This document shows, piece by piece, positions 47,461-57,700 of a DNA stretch of 64,000 bases (positions within the stretch are counted from its first letter, which is position 1; each line of letters starts with the position of its first letter). The translations under genes were made by a program, and so were the position numbers. The stretch covers positions 10,645 through 74,644 of the forward strand of contig CAYRNO010000001.1 in the NCBI GenBank assembly GCA_964425715.1. Direction: 5' to 3'. The stretch comes from an uncultured Candidatus Saccharibacteria bacterium. GTDB taxonomy: Bacteria > Patescibacteriota > Saccharimonadia > CAILAD01 > BJGX01. The notes under the pieces were generated by a model, which saw only the letters and a list, made by a program, of their open reading frames with translations, made no database searches and was not told where the DNA came from.

Positions 47461-47718
47461 ATGAAAAAGTTATTTGTTGGCAACTTGCCATACACAGTTA
47501 CTTCAGAACAACTTAGCGAAATATTCGGTGAGTACGCAGAAGTAACTTCTGCAAATGTTATTACAGATCGTATGAACGGTCGTAGTAAAGGCTTTGGTTT
47601 TGTCGAATTAGCTGAGAGTGCAGATCTAAATGCTGTTATCGAAGCTACTAATGGCAAAGAGATTGAAGGACGAGCTATCACAGTTAGTGAAGCACGACCA
47701 CAACAACCTCGCGACTAA
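47461..47718 (+). CDS. RRM-type RNA-binding protein
   Basis: 85 aa; RNP2 LFVGNL and RNP1 KGFGFVEL. Confidence 0.8.
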   Translation: MKKLFVGNLPYTVTSEQLSEIFGEYAEVTSANVITDRMNGRSKGFGFVELAESADLNAVIEATNGKEIEGRAITVSEARPQQPRD

Positions 47719-47730
47719 GCTACATTATAA

Positions 47731-47772
47731 AAAACAGGTCAATGAATTTAAATTTCGGGCCTGTTTTTTTGT
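47731..47772. terminator. bidirectional rho-independent terminator (A-run, AACAGG/CCTGTT stem, T-run)
   Basis: AAAAACAGG...GGCCTGTTTTTTTG; a second A-run/ATCTTG-CAAGAT/T-run hairpin at about 47813-47850 serves the convergent FBA gene. Confidence 0.5.
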
Positions 47773-48025
47773 ATTAAGTATTCTTAGTTCAAAGCAATTT
47801 AAATCGTATACAAAAAAAATCTTGAAAAATAATTTCCAAGATTTTTTTAAATGAATTAATAATTTACAAAACAAATTGGCGTCGCCTTGTGAGCTTCGCC
47901 AATCTGTTGAAAAGAGCTTTGTTTTTGTTTTGAGTAATTTTAGTGTGCAGCACTACATCCATAATAAAGCCTAAGCATAAGCCTTGTCAACAACTTTTTT
48001 GAAAGTTTTTATAAGATTTTTTGAA

Positions 48026-49030
48026 TTATAATTTGCCAAGTCGTGCATTTGAATTTTGTTTGAGGTGTTTTTCAAATATATTTTGGGCATTTTTTTCATT
48101 TTCTGTCTTGCCAAGCCAAGTCCTAAGTGCTGGCTCCTGTAAAGCTCTAGAAAATGAGAATGTAATAGGAATCGATAGTTTAGACTGGCTTTCTATAGCA
48201 TTTAGATTAGCTGTAGCTTGTTCTGGGGTTTGCCCACCAGATAAGAATACAATACCGGCGATATCTGTAGGTACTCTTTTTGAAAAGATATCTAGAGTAT
48301 GATTAGCAACTTCTTCTGGTGAGGATTGTACTTTATAGGATTTTCCAGCCATAGACATACTTGTTTTTAGTATTACAGCACTTAGATCTACTTTGTAGGC
48401 TAATAGTAATTCAAACAAGACTCTATAGACCTGAGATAATACCTGGCCACATTCTTCGATGGTGTGCTCACCATCATATAAAACTTCTGGCTCTACTATA
48501 GGGACTATTTCGTTACTCTGAGCAATGCTTGCATATCTTGCCATAGAATTTAGATTAGAGTGGAGGGCTGTAGAGGTTGGTAGTTTTTTATTGGCATCTA
48601 CAGTAAATACGCAACGCCATTTTGTAAATTTGGCTCCTAGGCTACTATATTCTTTAAGACGTTCGGACAATCCGTCGAGCCCTTCTGTATACATTTCATC
48701 AGGGAAATTATCGAGCGACACAAGACCCTTGTCTACCTTGATACCTGTCAATATGTTGTTTTTCTTGAATAGTTCCGCAAAAAGTACTCCGTTATCAGTT
48801 TTTTGGTGTATTGTCTCTTCATAGAGTATAACTCCACTTATATATTTTGCGAAGTTGGGCGTAGTGAAGAGTAATTGACGGTATTGCCTACGGGTCTCTG
48901 GATCCTTGGTAATACCTAGTTCATCAAAACGCTTGTCGCATGTTTTATTGCTCTCGTCAGCCGCCAATATGCCCTTGGGTGACTCCATTAGCTGTTTTGC
49001 AGTACTTTGAAGTGAATTATTAGTCATCAT
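48026..49030 (-). CDS. fructose-bisphosphate aldolase, class I
   Basis: 334 aa; KGILAADES N-terminal motif and overall class I FBA pattern. Confidence 0.85.
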   Translation of the reverse strand: MMTNNSLQSTAKQLMESPKGILAADESNKTCDKRFDELGITKDPETRRQYRQLLFTTPNFAKYISGVILYEETIHQKTDNGVLFAELFKKNNILTGIKVDKGLVSLDNFPDEMYTEGLDGLSERLKEYSSLGAKFTKWRCVFTVDANKKLPTSTALHSNLNSMARYASIAQSNEIVPIVEPEVLYDGEHTIEECGQVLSQVYRVLFELLLAYKVDLSAVILKTSMSMAGKSYKVQSSPEEVANHTLDIFSKRVPTDIAGIVFLSGGQTPEQATANLNAIESQSKLSIPITFSFSRALQEPALRTWLGKTENEKNAQNIFEKHLKQNSNARLGKL

Positions 49031-49206
49031 TTATCCTTAAGATAAATAATATCATAGCATAAGCACAAATACACCATACATAACAAAATATTACAACATA
49101 AATATAGTGCTACAGCATTAAATGTATGTAATTAAAACGTACTATTACAGGTTACAAGATACTTATTTTACTAAATTGAAAATGTCCTAAGAACTACATA
49201 TGTATT

Positions 49207-49656
49207 CTATTTCTTGTTTTTGATATCACGACCAGCGTCTCTTAACATATCTCGTATTTTGATAGATTCACGTTTGTCGTAGCGTTTTTTGCTTTTACCT
49301 ATTATAAGCTCTACCTTTACTAGGCCTTTTTGAATACCGATATAGAGAGGAACGACAATCTTTCCTTCCGATTTTATAGCGTTTAGTAGGCTTGCAATCT
49401 CTTTTTTGTGTAATAATAGTTTTCTATCTTGAGTGGGTTCATATTCTTCAGTAGCAGATGCTAACTTATATCTGTTAATATGAGCATTTTTCAGGTATGC
49501 TTCATTGCCTAATATCCCAATATAACTTCCTTTGAGACTTACATTGCCTAATTTGACACTCTTGACCTCTTGACCTGTTAATACCACACCAGCTATTAGG
49601 TGATCGGTAATTTCATAATCGTATTTTACTCGCCTGTTGATTGCTACTTTCTTCAT
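49207..49656 (-). CDS. smpB: SsrA-binding protein
   Basis: 149 aa; KKVAINRRVKYDYEI...GQEVKS canonical SmpB. Confidence 0.85.
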   Translation of the reverse strand: MKKVAINRRVKYDYEITDHLIAGVVLTGQEVKSVKLGNVSLKGSYIGILGNEAYLKNAHINRYKLASATEEYEPTQDRKLLLHKKEIASLLNAIKSEGKIVVPLYIGIQKGLVKVELIIGKSKKRYDKRESIKIRDMLRDAGRDIKNKK

Positions 49657-49690
49657 ATCTGCTATTATAACCTACCAAAATATCAAATAG

Positions 49691-51442
49691 GTGCAAAGAA
49701 TGACTATAATTAGCTATAATATAATAATGAAAAGCTTAAAATCAGATGTATACGATATAGTTGCTAGCATTTTTGTGGAAGTATTTAGTACCGATCCAGT
49801 TGAATTTAACGTAGATTATTGTGATCTCAAATACGGGCATTTTGCCTGCAATGTTGCTCTTACAAATTCGAAGAATCTTAAGCTCAACCCTGTGGTAGCC
49901 GCAAATCAGTTGGTAAAAAAACTGAAAGATGATGATTGGATGAAGAATGTAGAAGTTCAGAAACCAGGATTTATTAATATTTCCCTCAAAGACAAAATAC
50001 TACTAGAGGCTTTGTATAATAGGTATCCGGATGAAATCCGGCAATATATAGAGATGGGTGGTACCGATCAGACAGTTGTAATCGATTATTCACATCCGAA
50101 CATTGGCAAACCTATGTCAGTACATCATTTGCTTTCTACGGTCATAGGAGATGCTATTAAACTAATCTATAAAGACACTGGGCATAATGTCATAGCAGAT
50201 AATTTTGTTGGTGATATGGGCACTCAGTTTGGCAAATTGATATATGCTATCAAGACTTGGGGTGATATGCAGGCTATAGAGGCTAATCCAGTACCAGAAC
50301 TATTGGCGCTTTATGTGAACTATCATGTAGAATCCGAGAAGAACCCAGAGCTAGACGATTATGCTAGATTGGAATATAAAAAGATTGAGGACAACGATCC
50401 AGAGAATAGGGCATTACTAACAAAAGTACAGGCTTGGAGTATGGCGGAAATGGAGATGATTTATAGACTTCTTGGTGTGGTATTTGATTATTATAATGGT
50501 GAGAGTTTTTATGAAGATAAACTAAAAGACATAGTGGATCTCGGTATCAAGAAAGGAATATTTGTAAAAAGCGAAGGTGCATTGGTCTGTGAATCAGATA
50601 ATCCAGATGATCCGCCAGCTCTTATTCAGAAGAAAGATGGAACTAGTTTATATCTCACAAGAGACTTGGCGAGAGTTGCATATTGGGAGCAACAGTGGCA
50701 TCCAGATCTCATGATAAATGTGGTAGATGTGGCCCAAACTCTTCAGATGAGCCAAGTATATTCAGTTTCAGAGAAGCTAGGTCTCACGGATGCCAGAAAC
50801 ATCCATGTAGTATTTGGAAGGATGGAGTTCAAGGATAAATCTATGAGCACTAGAAGGGGTAATGTAATATTTATTACCGATCTCATAGATGAAACAAAAC
50901 GCAGAGTGCTTTCTCAAATAGTTTCACTTTCTAAATCTTTGAGTAAGGATGATCAAGTACAACTTACAGATATATTGGCTATCAATTCGATTAAATACAA
51001 TATACTTAAGCAGAATCGGTCATCCAGTATAATCTTTGATTGGGATAATATGTTAAATATCGAAGGAAATAGTGCTCCATATCTGGCATATACAGCAGTC
51101 AGGATGCAATCTATTATAAGAAAGAGTGAAGGATATATCGACAAATCAGATAGTACTAACAGTAAAGCTCTTGAGGAATTAGAACTGGCTGAAATCAAAC
51201 TTATTTTGCATGTTGATAAATTAGCTGAATCTTATCATGAAGCTAAGAACAATTTTCAACCAAGCATACTTGCAAGTTATTGTTATGATATCTGTAGGCT
51301 ATACAACAGCTGGTACAACAGTTATAAGATAATTGAAGAGAGTGATGCAAAACCACACAGGATAAGGCTCAATTGTTTAACTCTAAAGGTGGTTAAACAG
51401 TGTTTTGAGTCTCTCGGTTTGAGAATTCCAAACAAGATGTAA
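49691..51442 (+). CDS. argS: arginyl-tRNA synthetase
   Basis: Class I ArgRS: SHPNIGKPMSVHHL (HIGH-like), catalytic core, C-terminal DALR anticodon-binding domain; the start may be the Met at 49727. Confidence 0.85.
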   Translation: MQRMTIISYNIIMKSLKSDVYDIVASIFVEVFSTDPVEFNVDYCDLKYGHFACNVALTNSKNLKLNPVVAANQLVKKLKDDDWMKNVEVQKPGFINISLKDKILLEALYNRYPDEIRQYIEMGGTDQTVVIDYSHPNIGKPMSVHHLLSTVIGDAIKLIYKDTGHNVIADNFVGDMGTQFGKLIYAIKTWGDMQAIEANPVPELLALYVNYHVESEKNPELDDYARLEYKKIEDNDPENRALLTKVQAWSMAEMEMIYRLLGVVFDYYNGESFYEDKLKDIVDLGIKKGIFVKSEGALVCESDNPDDPPALIQKKDGTSLYLTRDLARVAYWEQQWHPDLMINVVDVAQTLQMSQVYSVSEKLGLTDARNIHVVFGRMEFKDKSMSTRRGNVIFITDLIDETKRRVLSQIVSLSKSLSKDDQVQLTDILAINSIKYNILKQNRSSSIIFDWDNMLNIEGNSAPYLAYTAVRMQSIIRKSEGYIDKSDSTNSKALEELELAEIKLILHVDKLAESYHEAKNNFQPSILASYCYDICRLYNSWYNSYKIIEESDAKPHRIRLNCLTLKVVKQCFESLGLRIPNKM

Positions 51443-51604
51443 TTATAATAGTATTAATTACAACTTAAATAATTATTCGATAATTAACAGATTAGAATAG
51501 TGTTGTTCAAAATGCTTGTATATTATAGGTAGCAAAATAGCAATATTACTTTTATGATACATTCAAATAGTCCTTCTCAGTTTAAGTAGTATAATATTGA
51601 TATA

Positions 51605-54436
51605 GTGAAAGAAATTATATTAAACTCTGCTCAAAAGAAAGCTGTGACTCATACAGTGGGCCCTATGATGGTAGTAGCTGGTGCCGGCACAGGGAAGACT
51701 GCAATCATTACACTTAGAATTGCAAACTTGATACAGAATTTTGGTGTTAAAGGTGAGAGTATCTTAGCTTTGACTTTTACAGATAAGGCTTCCGAGGAGA
51801 TGGAGGAAAGGGTTGATCAATTATTGCCTTATGGCTACACAGATGTCAGTATTCATACTTTTCATGCGCTTGGTGATATGATCTTACGGGAATATGGTAA
51901 TGAAATAGGTATTTCATCTGATTTTATCGTAATGACTAAATTTCAGCAGGTGATTATGATGCAAAACATAGTCAATAGTTCAGAGCTTATATATCATAGG
52001 CCTTTAGGAGACCCGTATAGTTTCGTGGATGATCTAATCAAATTTGTTTCTAGGCTCAAAGATGAGAATGTCAGCCCTAAGGATTTTGCTGAATTTGTAA
52101 TAAAAAACAAACCAGAAGATAAGCAAGAAGCCCTAAGACAGAGAGAACTATCAATAATCTACCAACTATATTCCGATACTTGTCTAAAACAACAAATGTT
52201 GGATTTTGGTGATCAAATAGTACTTTGTATCAAATTATTAGAGTCTAGACCAGAGATTAAGAAAATACTAAAAAGAAAATATCAGTTTATTATGGTGGAT
52301 GAATATCAGGATACCAATTACGCTCAATCATATTTGCTAAAACTGTTGGTGAATAAACAACAAAATATTATGGTTGTAGGTGATGACGATCAGTCTATTT
52401 ATAGGTTTCGAGGTGCAGCAGTTTCAAATATATTAAAATTTATGGAAGAATATACCAATGCAAAACAGATAGTGATAAGGAAGAACTACAGGTCATCTCA
52501 GAAGATATTGGATAAATCATATCAACTAATTCAAAATAACAATCCATATCGTCTAGAAATACGTAATAAACTTAATAAGAAACTAATAGGCAGCAAAGGA
52601 TACTCAGAAGTTGGTATTGTGGGAGCACAAGATATCTTAACTGAGATGGATACTATAACTGATAAGATAGAAGTATTGATAGAATCCCAGAATATTGATT
52701 ATAGGGATATAGCCGTTTTAATAAGAAAGAATAACCAATCTAAGTCAGTTGCAAATGCACTACTTAGGGCAAAAATTCCATATGTCATATCAGAAAGTCA
52801 AAATCTTTTTGAGCAGTCCGAGATAAGACTGATTTTAAATTTTATACATGTGATTAATAACCCTAATGCTTCAAATTCATTATACGGTCTACTTGTATCC
52901 GATATGTATAAATGCAATTTGAATCATATAGCTCATCTAAGCGGTCGAGCAAGGCAGGCAAATTTATCTTTGGAAAGATTTTTGATTGAAACTAATGAAG
53001 AAATTCCGGTCGAGTGTAATAAATTACTGGAAATGATTAAAAAATACCGTGAGATTTCCAAAGATCAGAATGCTGGCTCCTTGATCTATGAATTTATAAA
53101 AGAGACGGGTTATTTACAATCTTTGATAGAAGATTCGCATAAGAATGCTTCTGCTGCGCAAAAAATTGCTAATATTACACAGCTATTTGTAATTATTGGA
53201 GAATTTGAACAAGTCAATAGATTTGATCCTCATATTTATGCTTTGTGGCAGCATTTAAGCGCAATAGAAGAAAGTGGTGCAGAAATAACTGTCCAACCAT
53301 CACCACTAGATATCAATGCAGTCAGAATCATGACTATTCATAAGGCTAAGGGTTTAGAGTTTGAAGCTGTTTTTATACCTGATATGACTGAACAGAATTT
53401 CCCATCTAGGAAAAGAACAGACAGAATAAGAATGCCAGACGGCCTGATAGAAAACAAAAAAGATGAGAGTATTGAATGGAATATACATGAAGAACGCCGA
53501 CTGCTGTATGTAGCAATAACAAGAGCGAAAAAATATCTATATCTTACTTATTCATATGATCACGGAAAGAAAAGATTGAAAAAACCATCTAGATTTTTAC
53601 AAGAGTTAAAAGGAACAATTCTCGATAAACCCTCGATAGACAAAGTGAATAATATCAGTACTATACAAAGTTTCTCTAGTTTGCCTAAGGAAAGGATAGA
53701 TCCTCTTAGGAGATTTATATCTGAAGATGGGTGGTTGCATATTAGTACCAATCAACTAGCTAATTATCTACGTTCGCCAAAGGAATTTTGGTATTTTGAT
53801 GTCTTGAATTTACCTAAAGGGCCGTTTCATACACTGGTTTATGGATCGGCAATACACTCAGCTCTTGAATTTTTTTATAATTCGATGCTTTCATATAGCT
53901 CTATTAGTATCGAGGACGTACTGCAGGTATACGAAAATAGTTGGAAAAATGAGGGATTTGTCTCTTTGGAGCATGAACTTGATAGGTACAAGCAGGGCCA
54001 ACAGGTCCTTAGGGATCTTTATAAAAGAGAAATAATTGTAAAAAGATTTCCGGAATATGTCGAAAAGCCATTTAGGTTAACAATAGACTCTATGAAGATA
54101 AAAATAAGTGGTAGGTATGATGCAATATACAACGATAATTCAAAGATTGAGATAAGAGATTTTAAAACCGGTAGTGTGACCGAAGTGGCAAGTGCAAATA
54201 AAAGATTAAGGGACAGTCTCCAGATGAAGATTTATGCATTGTCTTGGACAATTAATGAGACTTTACCACTCGATTCAATTAGTTTGTATTTTGTTGAAAG
54301 CGATATCTTGGCTAAAACAAGTAAAATTAACAACGATAAAACTATTGAGCTACTCAAATTGATAGCAACAAACATTAGAAATAGAAATTTCGATGATATT
54401 GGTCAGAGCAGATTGAACTTCGAGGCTTTAATATGA
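51605..54436 (+). CDS. UvrD/PcrA-family helicase fused to a C-terminal RecB/Cas4-like PD-(D/E)xK nuclease (AddA-like architecture)
   Basis: 943 aa; helicase motif I GAGTGKT, motif II VDEYQDT, later UvrD motifs; C-terminal GRYDAIY...IEIRDFKTG and QMKIYAL (RecB-nuclease motifs II/III). Confidence 0.75.
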   Translation: MKEIILNSAQKKAVTHTVGPMMVVAGAGTGKTAIITLRIANLIQNFGVKGESILALTFTDKASEEMEERVDQLLPYGYTDVSIHTFHALGDMILREYGNEIGISSDFIVMTKFQQVIMMQNIVNSSELIYHRPLGDPYSFVDDLIKFVSRLKDENVSPKDFAEFVIKNKPEDKQEALRQRELSIIYQLYSDTCLKQQMLDFGDQIVLCIKLLESRPEIKKILKRKYQFIMVDEYQDTNYAQSYLLKLLVNKQQNIMVVGDDDQSIYRFRGAAVSNILKFMEEYTNAKQIVIRKNYRSSQKILDKSYQLIQNNNPYRLEIRNKLNKKLIGSKGYSEVGIVGAQDILTEMDTITDKIEVLIESQNIDYRDIAVLIRKNNQSKSVANALLRAKIPYVISESQNLFEQSEIRLILNFIHVINNPNASNSLYGLLVSDMYKCNLNHIAHLSGRARQANLSLERFLIETNEEIPVECNKLLEMIKKYREISKDQNAGSLIYEFIKETGYLQSLIEDSHKNASAAQKIANITQLFVIIGEFEQVNRFDPHIYALWQHLSAIEESGAEITVQPSPLDINAVRIMTIHKAKGLEFEAVFIPDMTEQNFPSRKRTDRIRMPDGLIENKKDESIEWNIHEERRLLYVAITRAKKYLYLTYSYDHGKKRLKKPSRFLQELKGTILDKPSIDKVNNISTIQSFSSLPKERIDPLRRFISEDGWLHISTNQLANYLRSPKEFWYFDVLNLPKGPFHTLVYGSAIHSALEFFYNSMLSYSSISIEDVLQVYENSWKNEGFVSLEHELDRYKQGQQVLRDLYKREIIVKRFPEYVEKPFRLTIDSMKIKISGRYDAIYNDNSKIEIRDFKTGSVTEVASANKRLRDSLQMKIYALSWTINETLPLDSISLYFVESDILAKTSKINNDKTIELLKLIATNIRNRNFDDIGQSRLNFEALI

Positions 54437-54933
54437 GCAAAATGTTAATCAAAGATAGTTATAGGGACCAAGAATGGCTTGAAAATATGCTAGCAGACAT
54501 ATGGTTTAGGTATTTCAACGATATAGAACAGATTAATGATGTATTTATAAGATATGGAAGAAAAGCAAAGAGAAGACTAGGCTCGATTGGGGTTGACCGA
54601 AAAGACATGAGCTCTACCATTATCACTATAAATCCACTCTATCAAGATACCAGTATACCTGAATACGTAGTAATTGCTACAATAGTACACGAGATGACTC
54701 ACTATGCTCACGGATTTAACTCACCTCATGATCAAAAACAACGACATCCACATAGCGGGGGAGTTATAAGAAAGGAATTTGCCGAAAGGGGGCTAGAAAG
54801 TCTATATACTAGGCAAAAAAAGTGGCTTAAAAACAATTGGCAAGACATCATAGATAAATATTTCGATAATAATACAAGATTATACATACCAAATCGTACA
54901 ATTATCATTAAGCAGCCTTGGTGGATGAGATGA
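54433..54933 (+). CDS. zincin-fold metallopeptidase, DUF45(YgjP)/SprT-like (HExxH)
   Basis: 166 aa; RRLGSIGVDRKDMSSTIITINPL ... YVVIATIVHEMTHYAHG matches the rrWGSC...I.lN..L...YVv.HEl.H pattern; ATGA overlap with the helicase-nuclease gene. Confidence 0.5.
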   Translation: MSKMLIKDSYRDQEWLENMLADIWFRYFNDIEQINDVFIRYGRKAKRRLGSIGVDRKDMSSTIITINPLYQDTSIPEYVVIATIVHEMTHYAHGFNSPHDQKQRHPHSGGVIRKEFAERGLESLYTRQKKWLKNNWQDIIDKYFDNNTRLYIPNRTIIIKQPWWMR

Positions 54934-55101
54934 GTAATATTGTAGTGCAAATTTATATAACTTGTAATCTATATTAACCCGTTATAAAAGAAAAAAACGT
55001 ATATACTTCATTATTTAAAAAATACCAAAAATTTCTATAAGTAAGCGATATTTATAATAGTTATTATTGAAAAATACTTATATATGTTATATAGTTAGAG
55101 C

Positions 55102-55449
55102 ATGAGAGCTAAAACTAGAACAGTAAAGAGATCTAAATCTAGTGACATTAAATATATGTCTAATTCTGGCTATTCGAAAGCTAAAAAAGCACGAATTCGT
55201 TCCTCGCAGAGGGCTAGTAAGCTAGCTATGTCTAAAGCAAGGCAGTATCTGATCTATGCTATAGGGTGTTTTGTCTCTATTCAGCTAATAAAATTTATTA
55301 TGTATAGTATCGTATTTACGGGAGACTCTAGTCCTTCGGGCTTGGTATTCTTGTTCATTATATGGTTACAAACAGGTCTACTTGTGGCTACTTTTATATT
55401 TATAGTAATGGCTACTATCAAGGCTTTATCAAGGCTCTTAAAAGAGTAA
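55102..55449 (+). CDS. small membrane protein (hypothetical)
   Basis: 115 aa; basic N-terminus, two hydrophobic helices. Confidence 0.3.
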   Translation: MRAKTRTVKRSKSSDIKYMSNSGYSKAKKARIRSSQRASKLAMSKARQYLIYAIGCFVSIQLIKFIMYSIVFTGDSSPSGLVFLFIIWLQTGLLVATFIFIVMATIKALSRLLKE

Positions 55450-55524
55450 GATATAATACAGATATCTTAAATAATTCATGTTTTGTACGCATAGAGTTCG
55501 TAAAAGTTATGTTATACTTATCAT

Positions 55525-56613
55525 ATGAACGATGTTTTAGTATTTGTCGTATTAATAATGAGTGTTTTGTTGCTGATAATGCTCATATTGGTATATTTAA
55601 AGCTTCGTACTTCTCAAAGCTCTACATCTGTAGGGGATCTAAAAAGTGATATACAGAATTTGAGCGCAAGTTTAACTCAGAGCCAGAACCAAATACATAA
55701 TAGAATAGATACAAACAATATCAGTATTCAAGCTAATCTGCATAAGCAGATGAGTGAATCTGCCAAATTAATCGCTGATGTAACACACAGACTAACAAAA
55801 CTTGATGAAACAAACAAAAGAGTAGTAGATGTGGCGGATGAATTAAAGACTTTACAGAATGTTCTATCAAATCCTAAGCAGAGAGGTGTGCTAGGTGAAT
55901 ATTATTTAGGGAGTGTACTAGAGAATGCGCTTGGACCAGAACAGTATAAGTTGCAATATAAGATTGGAAGGGGAGATGACGGTAAGGATTTGATAGTAGA
56001 CGCAGCTGTATTCCTGCAAGATAATAAGGTGTTGCCGGTTGATTCTAAATTCAGTCTAGAGAATTATAATAGATTAATTGAAACTAAAGACCTGGTAGAG
56101 AAAAAGAATATAATCAAGCAATTCAAAGCAGATCTAAAGCACAGGATTGATGAAACAAGTAAATATATACAACCCGACAAGAACACTATGGATTTCGCTT
56201 TTATGTTTATACCTTCTGAGGCGATATACTATGATCTATTGGTGAATAAGATAGGGACACTCGAGACTAGCTCACAGGACCTAATAGAATATGCATTTCG
56301 TGAAAAGAGAGTAATTATAGTATCTCCCACATCATTTTTGGCATATCTACAGACTGTCCTTCAAGGGTTGAGAAGTTTACAGATAGAGGAGCAAGCTAAA
56401 GAAATCCAAAAGAGAGTTGGACTTCTGGGTAAGCATATAGGTAATTATGATGAGTACATGCATAAACTAGGTAATTCTCTTGGTACTACTGTAAATCATT
56501 ACAATACAGCACATAAAGAACTGAAAAAAATCGATAAGGATGTTGTGAAGATTGCTGCAACAGATCCTGCGGTAGAGAGTATTTTGGTGGAAAAACCTAA
56601 GCTAGAAGATTAA
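55525..56613 (+). CDS. rmuC: DNA recombination protein RmuC
   Basis: 362 aa; N-terminal TM helix, coiled coil, RmuC core (DAAVFLQDNKVLPVDSKFSLENY, FMFIPSEAIYYDL). Confidence 0.8.
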   Translation: MNDVLVFVVLIMSVLLLIMLILVYLKLRTSQSSTSVGDLKSDIQNLSASLTQSQNQIHNRIDTNNISIQANLHKQMSESAKLIADVTHRLTKLDETNKRVVDVADELKTLQNVLSNPKQRGVLGEYYLGSVLENALGPEQYKLQYKIGRGDDGKDLIVDAAVFLQDNKVLPVDSKFSLENYNRLIETKDLVEKKNIIKQFKADLKHRIDETSKYIQPDKNTMDFAFMFIPSEAIYYDLLVNKIGTLETSSQDLIEYAFREKRVIIVSPTSFLAYLQTVLQGLRSLQIEEQAKEIQKRVGLLGKHIGNYDEYMHKLGNSLGTTVNHYNTAHKELKKIDKDVVKIAATDPAVESILVEKPKLED

Positions 56614-56632
56614 TTTCTGATATAATAAATCT

Positions 56633-57619
56633 ATGAATCGTATAGTATCTGGTATAAAGCCTACTGGTGAAGCTCATATAGGAAATTACTTGGGTGCAAT
56701 GAGGTTGTGGCCAAGTTTTCAATCTGATGAAAATCAAGTTTTGTACTTTGTGGCAGATCTGCATAGCTTAAACACTCGACAAGATCCAAGCGAGTTGCAA
56801 AGACGTACATTGGATCTTGTAGCATGGCTTATTACGGTTGGCGTTGATCCTAAAAGAAGTATTATAATGGTACAATCGATGGTTTCCGCACATAGCGAAC
56901 TTTGTTGGATACTTAACAACTATGTCACAATGGGCGAGCTAAGTAGAATGACTCAATTTAAAGATAAAGCCAAAAAAGGCTCATCAGATGGTCAACTTGT
57001 AGGATTATATACATACCCAATACTTATGGCTGCTGATATTTTACTATATGACGCCAATGAAGTTCCTGTTGGTAATGATCAGGCTCAACATGTCGAGCTT
57101 ACACGAGTTATTGCCGAGAGACTAAATAATCTATATGGTGAACTATTTACAATACCAAAAGCTGTACACACACCAAATGCTACTAGAATAATGAGCTTAC
57201 AGGATCCGGTAAAGAAGATGAGTAAAAGTGAGTCTGATAGTAGCTTCGTACTTTTACTAGATACAAAAGATAGTATTATAGATAAATTTAAGCGTGCTGT
57301 GACAGATTCGGATAACAAAATATGTTACGACAAAGCAAAAAAACCAGCAATTACTAATCTTCTTGAAATTTTTGCTGGTTTTAGTGACTATAAGATTGAA
57401 GACATTGAAAAAAAATATGCAAATAAAGGTTACGCAGAGTTTAAGTTAGATCTTGGAATACTTGTAGCTGATAAATTAGGTGTACTTCAAGAATCATTTA
57501 AATCTATACGTGCAGACGAGTCAAAATTGATACATATAATTGAAAAAGGAAACGCTCAAGCATCTAATATTGCAAGAAAGAAGCTAAAAGAAGTTAAAGA
57601 AAAGATAGGGTTGTTGTAA
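56633..57619 (+). CDS. trpS: tryptophanyl-tRNA synthetase
   Basis: 328 aa; SGIKPTGEAHIGNYLG (HIGH region) and KMSKSES (KMSKS). Confidence 0.9.
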   Translation: MNRIVSGIKPTGEAHIGNYLGAMRLWPSFQSDENQVLYFVADLHSLNTRQDPSELQRRTLDLVAWLITVGVDPKRSIIMVQSMVSAHSELCWILNNYVTMGELSRMTQFKDKAKKGSSDGQLVGLYTYPILMAADILLYDANEVPVGNDQAQHVELTRVIAERLNNLYGELFTIPKAVHTPNATRIMSLQDPVKKMSKSESDSSFVLLLDTKDSIIDKFKRAVTDSDNKICYDKAKKPAITNLLEIFAGFSDYKIEDIEKKYANKGYAEFKLDLGILVADKLGVLQESFKSIRADESKLIHIIEKGNAQASNIARKKLKEVKEKIGLL

Positions 57620-57671
57620 TATAAACAATATCTATCAACAGGTAAGATTGTAATAATTACGTTAATTTGTA

Positions 57672-57700
57672 TTGACATAAGCATAAGCGTTTGATACAAT
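57672..57700 (+). promoter_or_regulatory. consensus sigma70 promoter TTGACA-17-TACAAT with no protein gene immediately downstream
   Basis: Perfect -35, 17-nt spacer, near-perfect -10; the next credible CDS is 850 nt away at 58551. Confidence 0.5.
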
